From: Flavobacterium sp.
Lineage (GTDB): Bacteria; Bacteroidota; Bacteroidia; Chitinophagales; Chitinophagaceae
DNA: 64,000 bases
NCBI GenBank assembly: GCA_030053925.1
Contig: JASGCX010000003.1
Span: 5,133-69,132, forward strand
Reading direction: 5' to 3'
The translations under genes and the position numbers were made by a program. Below, piece by piece: positions 18,705 through 28,200 of this stretch. Position 1 is the stretch's first letter, and every line of letters starts with the position of its first letter. The notes under the pieces are model-generated. The model did not search any database. It had not been told where the DNA came from and worked only from the letters and a program-made list of their open reading frames with translations.

Positions 18705-19742
18705 TTAAATTTCAAATATAACATTATCGCTTGAAGGATAAGTACAACACAATTGAAACTCATTTTCGCCTAAGTTGGCATGTTTGGGTAATAGTTGCTT
18801 TACCAATCCAGATAGTAACTTGCCCTTACATACAGAACAATTACCAGTTTGACATGAGTAGGGCATATCGATTAGTGCATTTAAGCCAGCTTCTAAAATA
18901 CTTTTGCCTTTTACTACTTCTACAACTTGTTGCTTACCGTTTTGCCTAATGGTTACAAATTGTGTAAAAATGTCTATAAAATCTGCCTCATTTATAACCA
19001 GCTCAAAATCTTCGGAAAACACCTGCGTTGGTGGTACTGAGTAATTAGCTAGTGCCGCTTTTACAGCTAACTTTAAACCATTGGGGCCGCATATATAATG
19101 AAGGGATGCTGTTAGATCTAATTTTTTAGCAAGGTTATCAAGTACTAGGTTGGGTATAATACGCCCCTGTACAAATGCTTCACTTTGGTGGTTATCTGCC
19201 ATTTGGCTGTAAAAATTCCAAACAAAAAATCTATTGGGAAATTGTTGCGCCAATGTTTCTATTTGCGACTTAAAAATAACGTTATCTGTGCATCTATTAC
19301 CATAAATTAAAATTATTTGTGAACGCATTGTATTGCTGTATAAAACCTGTTTAGCCATTGAAAACAACGGCGTTATACCACTACCAGCACCCCAAAGCAC
19401 AATTGGATGGTTAATATATTTTATATCGTTAGAAATAACGAAATTACCCATGGGCGGTAATACTTCAACTACGTCACCTATAGTAACAATATCGCAGATA
19501 TGATTAGACACCAACCCGCCGGGAACACGCTTAACGGTAATTTCTAAAAACTTGTCAATTTCTGCTGCGGACGAAAAAGAATAAGGCCGCAAATAGCGTC
19601 TACCATTAATTTTAAAAATAACCGTTAAATACTGACCAGCTAAGTAAGTAATTTTCTTTAACCCAGGCTGTTTAAATACTAGCGTTACTGTATCGGCAGT
19701 TTCTTGGCGTTTATCTACTATGGTTAGCGTATAACTAGTCAT
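18705..19742 (-). CDS. FNR-type flavin reductase with C-terminal 2Fe-2S ferredoxin domain; probable E3 (CDP-6-deoxy-delta3,4-glucoseen reductase) equivalent
   Basis: 345 aa; RPYSFSS (RxYS FAD motif), GAGSGITP (NAD(P)H motif), C-terminal C-x4-C-x2-C...C (SCQTGNCSVCKG...LCCTY). Sits first in the ddh-like operon. Confidence 0.65.
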   Translation of the reverse strand: MTSYTLTIVDKRQETADTVTLVFKQPGLKKITYLAGQYLTVIFKINGRRYLRPYSFSSAAEIDKFLEITVKRVPGGLVSNHICDIVTIGDVVEVLPPMGNFVISNDIKYINHPIVLWGAGSGITPLFSMAKQVLYSNTMRSQIILIYGNRCTDNVIFKSQIETLAQQFPNRFFVWNFYSQMADNHQSEAFVQGRIIPNLVLDNLAKKLDLTASLHYICGPNGLKLAVKAALANYSVPPTQVFSEDFELVINEADFIDIFTQFVTIRQNGKQQVVEVVKGKSILEAGLNALIDMPYSCQTGNCSVCKGKLLSGLVKQLLPKHANLGENEFQLCCTYPSSDNVIFEI

Positions 19743-19789
19743 TCAAAACAATTGTACGATAATGTAAATACTAATTTATTGTTTTGAAT
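19741..19789 (-). promoter_or_regulatory. 12-bp perfect AU-rich stem-loop overlapping the start codon of the first CDP-sugar gene
   Basis: 19741-19752 (ATTCAAAACAAT) is the exact reverse complement of 19778-19789, with a 25-nt loop. On the mRNA the 3' arm ends in the AU of the AUG at 19742-19740. Confidence 0.4.
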
Positions 19790-19903
19790 TTCAGGTAATT
19801 TATAAATTCTCAAAACTAGTATAATTAAGTTTAATGATTATAATGTAAGCACAACTCACAAAATTTTCAATTGGTGTAATTCGCTCTAATTATTACACGC
19901 TAC

Positions 19904-22246
19904 TTACCTACCAAATAGCCTTCTAAACAAGCTTTTAGGTTTTGCATCCTCTGTATAGCCATAACCATAGCCATAGCCGTAACCATAACCATAACCACCA
20001 AAAACGCCTCTTGATTTTAATCCGTTAAAAACGATAACAAGGTTATTGAATTTTTTATCTTCATATATTTTTTGTATGAATGGCAGATATAATTTAGGTG
20101 TATGCGCATGTCTTAGTACATAAATTGTAATATCTGCGTATTTAGAAATTACCAAAGAATCGGAAACTAATCCAATAGGTGGCAAATCTAATATAACATA
20201 ATCATAATTTTGCTTTAAATAATCAATTAAATTACTAAATTGTGTACTACCTAACAATTCAGTGGGATTTGGAGGTATGGCACCAGCACTAATATAATAT
20301 AAATTATCAAAACTATCAACCTTATTTTGAACCTCGTTAATAGTAGCGTGGCCAGATAAATAATTACTAATTCCCTTTAAGTTTCTAGAAAACCCTAAAG
20401 CTTCACTAATCTTGGGTTTACGCAAATCTAACTCAAGTAAAATAATTTTTTTTCCTGTTAATGCTAAACTTATGGCCAAATTGATGCTCACAAAACTTTT
20501 ACCATCGCCAGATATAGAAGATGTTAATAAAACTACTTTGCTAGAAATAGCATTATTGGTGATTAAAAAAGATAAATTAGTTCGTAAAATGCGTATTTGC
20601 TCGGCAATAGCGCTTCTCTTGCCATCTCTAATTACAATAGCTTCTTTGCCTGCATCTTGCATTATTTCACCAACAATAGGTATTAGTGTTGTAGATGATA
20701 TCTCATCTTTAAACATAATCTTATTGTTAAATTTTTCTTTAAAATATATATACAAAATAGGGAATAATAATGATGCTAAGACAGAAAACATATACACATT
20801 GTTTCTAACAGGAAAAACTGGTAATCCGCTACTGTTAGCTTTTTCTAATACTTTATTATCGGAAACCACCGAAGCATAAGACAAGGCCGTTTCTTCACGT
20901 TTTTGCAATAGAAATGTATATGTAATATTTTTTATAATACCTTCTCTACTTATTCTTAGTAGTTCTTTTTCATCAGCAGGTATTTTATCCAAATCTTTAG
21001 AAAATTCACGTTTCTTTTTATCGTTTTCCTTTTTTGCAATTAAATAATTATTTTCAAGATTAGAAATATTATCTAAGATTTCGGCTTTGAGTTTAGCAAT
21101 CTCAGATCTAAGTTGAATCATTATATCGGCATTTACCCCGTTTATTATCTCCGTTCTGTTGTACTCTAATTCAGCATCAGTTAATTTGCTAAGCAAACTT
21201 ACTAACAAAGGGTTACTTAGGTTACTAATTGCAGGTGCTAACCCCTCTGATTTACGTGATAAAAAATTACGTAAATCTTTTAATGTATTTAGTTGTACAT
21301 TTAATTCGGAACCAGCAGTTTCTACCTCTGTAATATTGTTTAAATATAATTTACCTTGTGTACTTAGGTCAACAATATTATTTGATTGTTTAAAATATTG
21401 AATATTATTCTCTACGCTATCTAATTCCCTAGTTACAATTTTTAATCTTTCAGTTATAAAATTAAGCGTTTTAAGCGCTACTGCATTTTTTTCCTCAAGC
21501 GTATTAAGTCTATAAACCTCAAATAATTTATCTAATAACTGTTTACCTAAAACAATATCACTTGTTCTAAATACAACTTCTAAAATAGAGGATTGCTTAC
21601 TAACTAGATTAATTGAAATACTATTAATTAGTTGCTTTGATTTTACTTCTACAGGTGTTATATTTAAAAAGTATGTATTATCGAAATTAGTATTTGCACT
21701 TTCTCTCGAAATAAAAAAACTGTCTAGTCCAATAGTGCAAATAGAATTTAGTGGAAATTTTTTGCCTGCAATAAGAACGTTATTACTACCTGCATAGAAA
21801 ATAATTGGAACATCTTTTATTGTACCATGCAACGTATCGGGATGTAGGGCAGTGAGCATAAAAGGGAATTCATTAATAGGTAATGCTAATTTATTAACCC
21901 TACCTTTAACGGATACACCATAATATAACTGTAAATCTTTTACAACACGCTGCATTAATAGCGGCGATTTTAACACTTCAATTTCGTTTACAACATTTTT
22001 TTTGTCTCCAGCTATATTTAAAGCGTCAAACAACTTCGATTGATCTGAACCAGCTTTGTCATCTTTAATATATAATTTTGCTTTTACCACATAAACTGGC
22101 GTTTGGTAGCGTAGATATATAAAAGCTATTCCAATGCCTATAAATGTAGCAATTACAAATAGTGACCAATAAGGCAAATAGTTGTCAATTATTTTTTTAA
22201 CAATGTTGCTATCTTCAGCGGGAGTAAAATTTGTTTTGGAATCCAT
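19904..22246 (-). CDS. wzc: polysaccharide co-polymerase / BY-kinase (Wzc-like) with tyrosine-rich tail
   Basis: 780 aa: N-terminal Wzz-type region with TM segments, a coiled-coil middle, a C-terminal P-loop LLTSSISGDGKSFVSINLA, and a GGYGYGYGYGYGYGYTED tail. Confidence 0.85.
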   Translation of the reverse strand: MDSKTNFTPAEDSNIVKKIIDNYLPYWSLFVIATFIGIGIAFIYLRYQTPVYVVKAKLYIKDDKAGSDQSKLFDALNIAGDKKNVVNEIEVLKSPLLMQRVVKDLQLYYGVSVKGRVNKLALPINEFPFMLTALHPDTLHGTIKDVPIIFYAGSNNVLIAGKKFPLNSICTIGLDSFFISRESANTNFDNTYFLNITPVEVKSKQLINSISINLVSKQSSILEVVFRTSDIVLGKQLLDKLFEVYRLNTLEEKNAVALKTLNFITERLKIVTRELDSVENNIQYFKQSNNIVDLSTQGKLYLNNITEVETAGSELNVQLNTLKDLRNFLSRKSEGLAPAISNLSNPLLVSLLSKLTDAELEYNRTEIINGVNADIMIQLRSEIAKLKAEILDNISNLENNYLIAKKENDKKKREFSKDLDKIPADEKELLRISREGIIKNITYTFLLQKREETALSYASVVSDNKVLEKANSSGLPVFPVRNNVYMFSVLASLLFPILYIYFKEKFNNKIMFKDEISSTTLIPIVGEIMQDAGKEAIVIRDGKRSAIAEQIRILRTNLSFLITNNAISSKVVLLTSSISGDGKSFVSINLAISLALTGKKIILLELDLRKPKISEALGFSRNLKGISNYLSGHATINEVQNKVDSFDNLYYISAGAIPPNPTELLGSTQFSNLIDYLKQNYDYVILDLPPIGLVSDSLVISKYADITIYVLRHAHTPKLYLPFIQKIYEDKKFNNLVIVFNGLKSRGVFGGYGYGYGYGYGYGYTEDAKPKSLFRRLFGR

Positions 22247-22257
22247 TACTGTAACAA

Positions 22258-23040
22258 TTACTTTTTAAATAAACTATATATTAATAATATGCTTGTAAGC
22301 ACTGATGATATGATAGGAATTAATATAACAGCCTGAGAGCTGCTATACGCTTTTTGTTTAAGTGGTTCCACATACAATACATCATTTGGTTGTAAATTAA
22401 AATATGGGGAATTAAAAACAGAATTGTTGAGGATGTTAATGCGATGAGCAACTGAAAAATTTGCACTATCACGTATAAGTAGCAAATTTTTTCTATTTCC
22501 AAAATTAGTAATATCTCCACTTTGCCCAAGTGCCTCTAATATTGTCATTTTTTCATTGGTAGTGTACAACACACCTGGCTTAGCTACTTCGCCCAATACA
22601 GTTATTCTATAATTCATGAATCTAATAGTAACAATAGGATCTTTAATATAATCAATCAATAGGTTTTGTAATTCAACAATAACTTCTTGTTTTGTTTTAC
22701 CAGCTACCTGCAATTTACCCACTTTAGGAATAATGATACTGCCATCTCTTTCAACCAATAAACCAGGCGTAGCACTAATAGATGAGGCAGTAGCAATGCC
22801 TGAAATACTATTATTATTTATGGCATTAAACAATGAGGCTGTTTTAGGATCTGGGCTATTTACAATAACCACAATAATATCACCCGCTTGAATTTTGGGG
22901 TTTAAATTACTATTATTTACTAGAAAAGTAGTATCATGTAAAGTGGGGAAATAAGCAATATTCTTATTAGTAACACAAGATGATAAACAAAACACCGATA
23001 CAACTACTACCAAAAGAGAAACAATCTTTTTTTCAATCAT
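22258..23040 (-). CDS. wza: polysaccharide export protein (Wza-like), lipoprotein
   Basis: 260 aa. Signal peptide ending LSSC. IQAGDIIVVIV...DGSIIIPKVGKLQVAGKT resembles the Poly_export domain. Sits directly upstream of wzc. Confidence 0.8.
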   Translation of the reverse strand: MIEKKIVSLLVVVVSVFCLSSCVTNKNIAYFPTLHDTTFLVNNSNLNPKIQAGDIIVVIVNSPDPKTASLFNAINNNSISGIATASSISATPGLLVERDGSIIIPKVGKLQVAGKTKQEVIVELQNLLIDYIKDPIVTIRFMNYRITVLGEVAKPGVLYTTNEKMTILEALGQSGDITNFGNRKNLLLIRDSANFSVAHRINILNNSVFNSPYFNLQPNDVLYVEPLKQKAYSSSQAVILIPIISSVLTSILLIYSLFKK

Positions 23041-23401
23041 AAAAAAAGTTTAATTATATAACAATCATAGCTTCGCTAATGTCAGTCACAAATATAACAC
23101 GCTAACAACTATAAAAACTTGTTATTTTCTAGCTAGAAAAACAACCGTAAAGTGTGAAGATTTATTGCAACAATATATTTTTTTGGGTTAGCCTCCAATT
23201 TTTTAAGGCAATTTTTGCATTAGCCTTATGGTACTGTACTTTTGGATGGAATTATCTAAATGAATACTAGAATATGTTACATAATGTTACTTAAAGGTAT
23301 ATATAAAGGTTTGCCAGTATGCCATTAGCAACTCGCACTTCACCGTTCCAAACAAATCCCCTACTTTCGTTACCATTATCTAGCTAAATAATCGTAACGA
23401 A

Positions 23402-25108
23402 ATGAAAGAATTAAAACAATTTTTAACAATTACATGTTTTTTGATGCTGTGTGCCATTAGTGCAAAAGCCCAATCAGATAATATTCAACTAGGCTCAAGG
23501 CAGTATGGTATTTTAGACAGGTTAGAAGTAAAATTACAAACGGACTCGGTTCTCAATTTTTCGGCCGTTAAACCATACAATCGCCTAACAGTAACCCAAA
23601 GACTTGAATACATTAAGCAACTTTCGTACCAAGGTAAAATTAGTTTATCAAAAGTAGACGAATATAATTTAAACCTATTACTGCTAGACAATTTTGATCA
23701 GCAAAGCGATTTAAAAGATACCACTTTAAATTTTAAAACATTCTTTTCGGCCAAAGGCAAAACAAACCCGGGCTATTTAGGTGTAAAAAGAGAAGATTTC
23801 TCTTTTTTTATAACGCCTGTTTTTAATATTCAGGTTGGTAAAGATAATAATTTAACAAAAAATCTTGTGAATGGCTCTCGTGGCTTTTATGCTAGGGGTA
23901 AGCTCACTAAAAATATTGGCTATTATACATACTTCACCACTAATCAAGAAAGAGACCCTTTATATGTACAACAGTACGAGCAAGCACACAGTGCGCTGCC
24001 AGGTGTTGGCTTTTATCGCCTTGGGTTTAAAGCAGGTAGCCAAGATGGTGGTTACGATTATTTTGATGCTCGTGGCGGTATCAATTTTAAAATTGCAAAA
24101 GGCATACAAGGCGAATTTGCTTACGATAAAGTATTTATTGGTAACGGCGTTAGAAGCCTTATCATCAGCGACTTTAGCAACAGCTTTCTTTTCTTTAAAA
24201 TAAACACACGCATTTGGAAACTTAATTACTACAACTTATTTGCGCAGCAGATAGAAACCTTTGTACCTAATGGTACTAACTTTTTAAGACCTAAAAAGTT
24301 TATGGCCATGCACTATTTAGATTTTCAAGTAACCCGAAAATTAAATGTTGGATTTTTTGAGGATGTGATGTTTGGTAGAAGTAATGGCTTTGATTTAAGC
24401 TATTTAAACCCAGTTATTTTCTATCGCTCGGCAGAGTTAGAAAATGGCAGCCCCGATAAAGTAACCCTAGGCCTAAACGTAAAATACAATGCTTTTAAAA
24501 ATACGCAATTGTATGGGCAGTTTATTTTAAATGAATTTGTATTTGATGAATTAACGCATTACAGTAGAGGTTCGGTTGTAAACAAGCAAGCTTTACAACT
24601 TGGTTTAAAACACATTGATTTATTTGGCGTTAAAAACCTCGATATTCAAGGCGAGATAAATATTATCAGACCATTCGTATATTCTCATTACGATACTACT
24701 AGTTCTTTCACGCATTACAACCAACCATTGGCACATCCTGCAGGTGCTAATTTAAGAGAGTTTATTGCTATTGTTAAATACCAGCCCCTACCTAAACTTA
24801 CCCTACAAGGTAAACTAATTTATTACGAGCAAGGCTTAGATAGTGCTGGCTTAAACTTTGGTTCAAATCCGTTTAGGTTTTATTCAACAGCCCCTCGTAC
24901 TTATGGCTTCTTTATTGGCAGTGGTATTTTAGCTAAAACAATGTTGGCAAATTTCTCGGCAGCATACGAAATTTTGCCAAATATTTTTTTAGATGCCAAT
25001 GCGAGTATTAGAACCTTTAAACGTGCAGATGTACCTACCACTTTTACAAGCAACTTCTTCACACTAGGTGTAAGAATGAACATACAAAAACGGGTTTTTG
25101 ACTTCTAG
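23402..25108 (+). CDS. outer-membrane beta-barrel protein, possibly a Wzi-type capsule assembly protein
   Basis: 568 aa, with a signal peptide (AISAKAQ), alternating beta-strand-like sequence and a C-terminal aromatic residue (VFDF). Divergent from wza-wzc. The family assignment is from memory of similar Bacteroidota annotations and is not verified. Confidence 0.5.
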   Translation: MKELKQFLTITCFLMLCAISAKAQSDNIQLGSRQYGILDRLEVKLQTDSVLNFSAVKPYNRLTVTQRLEYIKQLSYQGKISLSKVDEYNLNLLLLDNFDQQSDLKDTTLNFKTFFSAKGKTNPGYLGVKREDFSFFITPVFNIQVGKDNNLTKNLVNGSRGFYARGKLTKNIGYYTYFTTNQERDPLYVQQYEQAHSALPGVGFYRLGFKAGSQDGGYDYFDARGGINFKIAKGIQGEFAYDKVFIGNGVRSLIISDFSNSFLFFKINTRIWKLNYYNLFAQQIETFVPNGTNFLRPKKFMAMHYLDFQVTRKLNVGFFEDVMFGRSNGFDLSYLNPVIFYRSAELENGSPDKVTLGLNVKYNAFKNTQLYGQFILNEFVFDELTHYSRGSVVNKQALQLGLKHIDLFGVKNLDIQGEINIIRPFVYSHYDTTSSFTHYNQPLAHPAGANLREFIAIVKYQPLPKLTLQGKLIYYEQGLDSAGLNFGSNPFRFYSTAPRTYGFFIGSGILAKTMLANFSAAYEILPNIFLDANASIRTFKRADVPTTFTSNFFTLGVRMNIQKRVFDF

Positions 25109-25120
25109 TTTATACAGTTA

Positions 25121-25153
25121 AAAAAGGGATTCTAAAATAGAATCCCTTTTTTA
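25121..25153 (+). terminator. rho-independent terminator
   Basis: AAAAAGGGATTCTAAAATAGAATCCCTTTTTT: an 8-bp stem (25125-25132 / 25140-25147) followed by a T-run. Confidence 0.8.
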
Positions 25154-25230
25154 ATACCGCACCTACTACAATAGCAACTTTGGTATTAATGGCTAACGCT
25201 TATGCGGCATTATTACAAGCAATTTATAAA

Positions 25231-25271
25231 ATTACAAGGCCTCGATAACAGTGTTACCAAGGCCTTGTAAT
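25231..25271 (-). terminator. stem-loop downstream of the RND gene
   Basis: ATTACAAGGCC (25231-25241) pairs with GGCCTTGTAAT (25261-25271). A T-rich tract follows on the minus strand. Confidence 0.6.
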
Positions 25272-25286
25272 GATGTACTAAATTAT

Positions 25287-28200
25287 TTAAAACCAACTGC
25301 CAATAAATGATTGGTTTACTTTGTTGTTACCATACAATTTTCTTGCACGTTTAATGCGTTTGGCTCTATGTTTTACCATTGTAATTAGCATTAATGGTAT
25401 AAAAAAGATAGTAACTGGTGGAATACCTAACATACTAATCCATTTGCCACCATACATGTTGCGCATTGGCCTACGTAGGCGTTCGGCAATTAAATACATT
25501 GCTGGTACTACTACAAGCGTCATAAAAAATGCGAATGCTAAACCAAAAATAATTGTCCAACTAAGCGGTTTCCAAAACACCACGTTATCACCACCAAAAT
25601 AAATGTGCGGGTTAAATTCGCTAAACATGGCTACGAAGTTAATATTGAAACCCACCGCAATTGGTATAAAGGCTAATATGGCTGCCAAAGCTGTTAACAA
25701 TACAGGAATAATACGTGTTTTACCTGCTTGTATTACCGCTTCTCTAGTTTTTAAACCACGGCTTCTTAACTCATCGGCAAACTCAATTACCAAGATACCG
25801 TTTTTAACCACAATACCTGCTAGCCCTACAATACCTAAGCCAGTCATTAATACCGATACTTCAATACGGCTTACAGAGAAACCAATAAACACGCCTATTA
25901 CACTAAAAATAATTTCGCTTAAAATAATGATAGACTTACTAATACTGTTGAACTGCAATACCAATACAGCAAGTATTGCTGCTAGTGCTATTGCTAGTGC
26001 CCATAATAAAAATGCACCTGTTTCGGCTTGTTGTTCGCCCTCACCAGTTTGCTTAATGGTTACACCATCTTCTTTGCCTTTATAGCTATCGATGTAGCGT
26101 TTAATTACCAAATTTACTGCGGTTGCATTGTACCCTTGCGTGGTTAACACGTTAGAAACTAGGCTTATTACACGCTTTTGATTTTTACGTTTTACACTAC
26201 CTAAAGTACTGGTAGGCTCGGCAGTAACTAACGAACTAATAGGGATGTTTTTAATAGCACCACCCGTAGCAAAATCTCTAAACATAATTTTCATGTTCAA
26301 CAATTCTACTAGGCTTTTGCGTTGCAAATCGCTATTACGAAGTTGTATTTTATACTCTTCTTTACCTTCTTTAATTTTTGATAATTCTTTACCAAATAAA
26401 GCGGTACGAATAGCCAAACCAATTTGCGCTGTAGACACACCTTCTATTAAGGCCCGCTGCCTATTTACTGTTAGCGTAATTTCTGGATTGGTTAAATCTA
26501 CATTCATCTTTAACTCCTCTACACCTGGCACTTGAATAGAATCTAGATAGTTTTTTAGGTTAACAGATGTTTTAATTAGGCCATCAAAATCTTCACTAGA
26601 TACTTCAATATTAATTGGTGGATCGGTTGGTGGGCCACCACTTTCCTGGTCTACAGTTATTTGCGCACCAGGTATGCCTTTCATTTCTGCACGAATAGAA
26701 TCTAAGTACGGTCTTGTGCTTACACCATGTCGTTTTTCAAACTCAACAAACGATACCTGAATTCTACCTAGTTCGCTACGTGTACTTCTATCGCCACTGC
26801 TTGGGTCGCTAGCACCAAGTGCCACGTTGCTTATCACACTTTCTACCACAGGATTTTTTTTGCCATTATCTACACCCAATACTTTTGTTACACGCTTTTC
26901 AAGCACTTGTGTTACACTATCGGTGTGCTTAACATCGGTACCAACTGGTAGCTTCAAGTACACATATATTTGGTTAGGGTCGCCCTTTGGAAAGAAGCTA
27001 ATAGGTATTTTACCAGCACCAATTAAACTAAAAAATACAAACATAGACACAAAGAATAAACCTATTACACCTAGCAATACATATACAGGCCTCCAACCTT
27101 GTAATACATAACGCAATAGGCTTTCGTAATGGTTCATAATCCATGGTAGCGCTTTGTTTTGAAAACTATGAATAGCACCATCAAGTACGTAACTATTAAA
27201 TACCATCAAAATAGCAGACAGCATTAACAAGTTAGCAAAGAACATGTTGATAGTACCACCATCTTCTGTAATTACCATCTTATTTGGAAACAATACCGTT
27301 ACATAAGCTATTAAGGCACTTGCTAACAAGAATAAGAAAAATGGTTTCTTAAATACATCGCTCTTCTTTTTTACGCCTTCATCTTCGGCATGGTTCATAA
27401 AATCTACCGCAAACACGGGGTTCATAATAAATGCAACTACCAACGATGCTGCCAAAGTAAAGATGAGCATGGTAGGTAAATACACCATGAATTTGCCAAT
27501 AATACCTGGCCAAAATAACAGTGGAAAAAATGGTGCTAAAGTGGTTAAAGTACCTGCTAATACTGGAACAAATACTTCGCCTGCAGCAATACGTGCAGCA
27601 AAGTACGAACTTATTTTACCCTTACCTTCTACAAATATGCGGTGCGTATTTTCTATTACCACAATGGCATCATCTACTATAATACCAAGCCCAAATAACA
27701 AGGCAAATAATACCATGAAATTGAGTGTTACGTGTGTACCTACTATTAAATCGGCACCGGGCAAAAACAAGAAGGCAACAAACATACTTAGCGGTACAGA
27801 TAAGGCCACAAAGAAGGCATTGGTTACACCCATAAAGAACATCAAAATAATTAGCACCAATAAAAAACCAATGATTATTGAGTTAACCAAATCGGTAAAC
27901 GATGTTTTGGTTTTAATGCTTTGGTCGCCTGTTACTACTGCGTTTAAGTCGTTAGGAAACAATACGCCTTTACCTTCTTTCACTACATTTTTAACGCCAT
28001 CACTTGTTTCTATCAAGTTCTCGCCGCTACGTTTAATGATGTTTAATGTTACCACATTTTTACCATCTAAACGAGCATAACTTTCACGCTCTTTGGTAGT
28101 GTCTTTAATGGTAGCAATATCTTTTAGGTAAATAGGCGACCCGCTTGTGTTGCGCAATACTATTTTCTGAATATCTGCAGCCGTTTTTAACTGCCCTTTC

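Noticed and set aside
23125-23140. 16-bp perfect palindrome TTTTCTAGCTAGAAAA in the wza / Wzi-like divergent promoter region. A TATATTTG -7-like motif also occurs on the minus strand at 23089-23096.
   Set aside because: About one or more such AT-rich palindromes is expected by chance in 64 kb, and no regulator gene is adjacent. It is kept only as a note and not called as a feature.
25321-28080. Series of long plus-strand ORFs (93-205 aa) at 25321, 25603, 26245, 26827 and 27463.
   Set aside because: All lie antisense to, and entirely inside, the well-supported 1214-aa RND permease gene. Their products are low-complexity mirror images of hydrophobic codons. None shows a motif or an independent start context.
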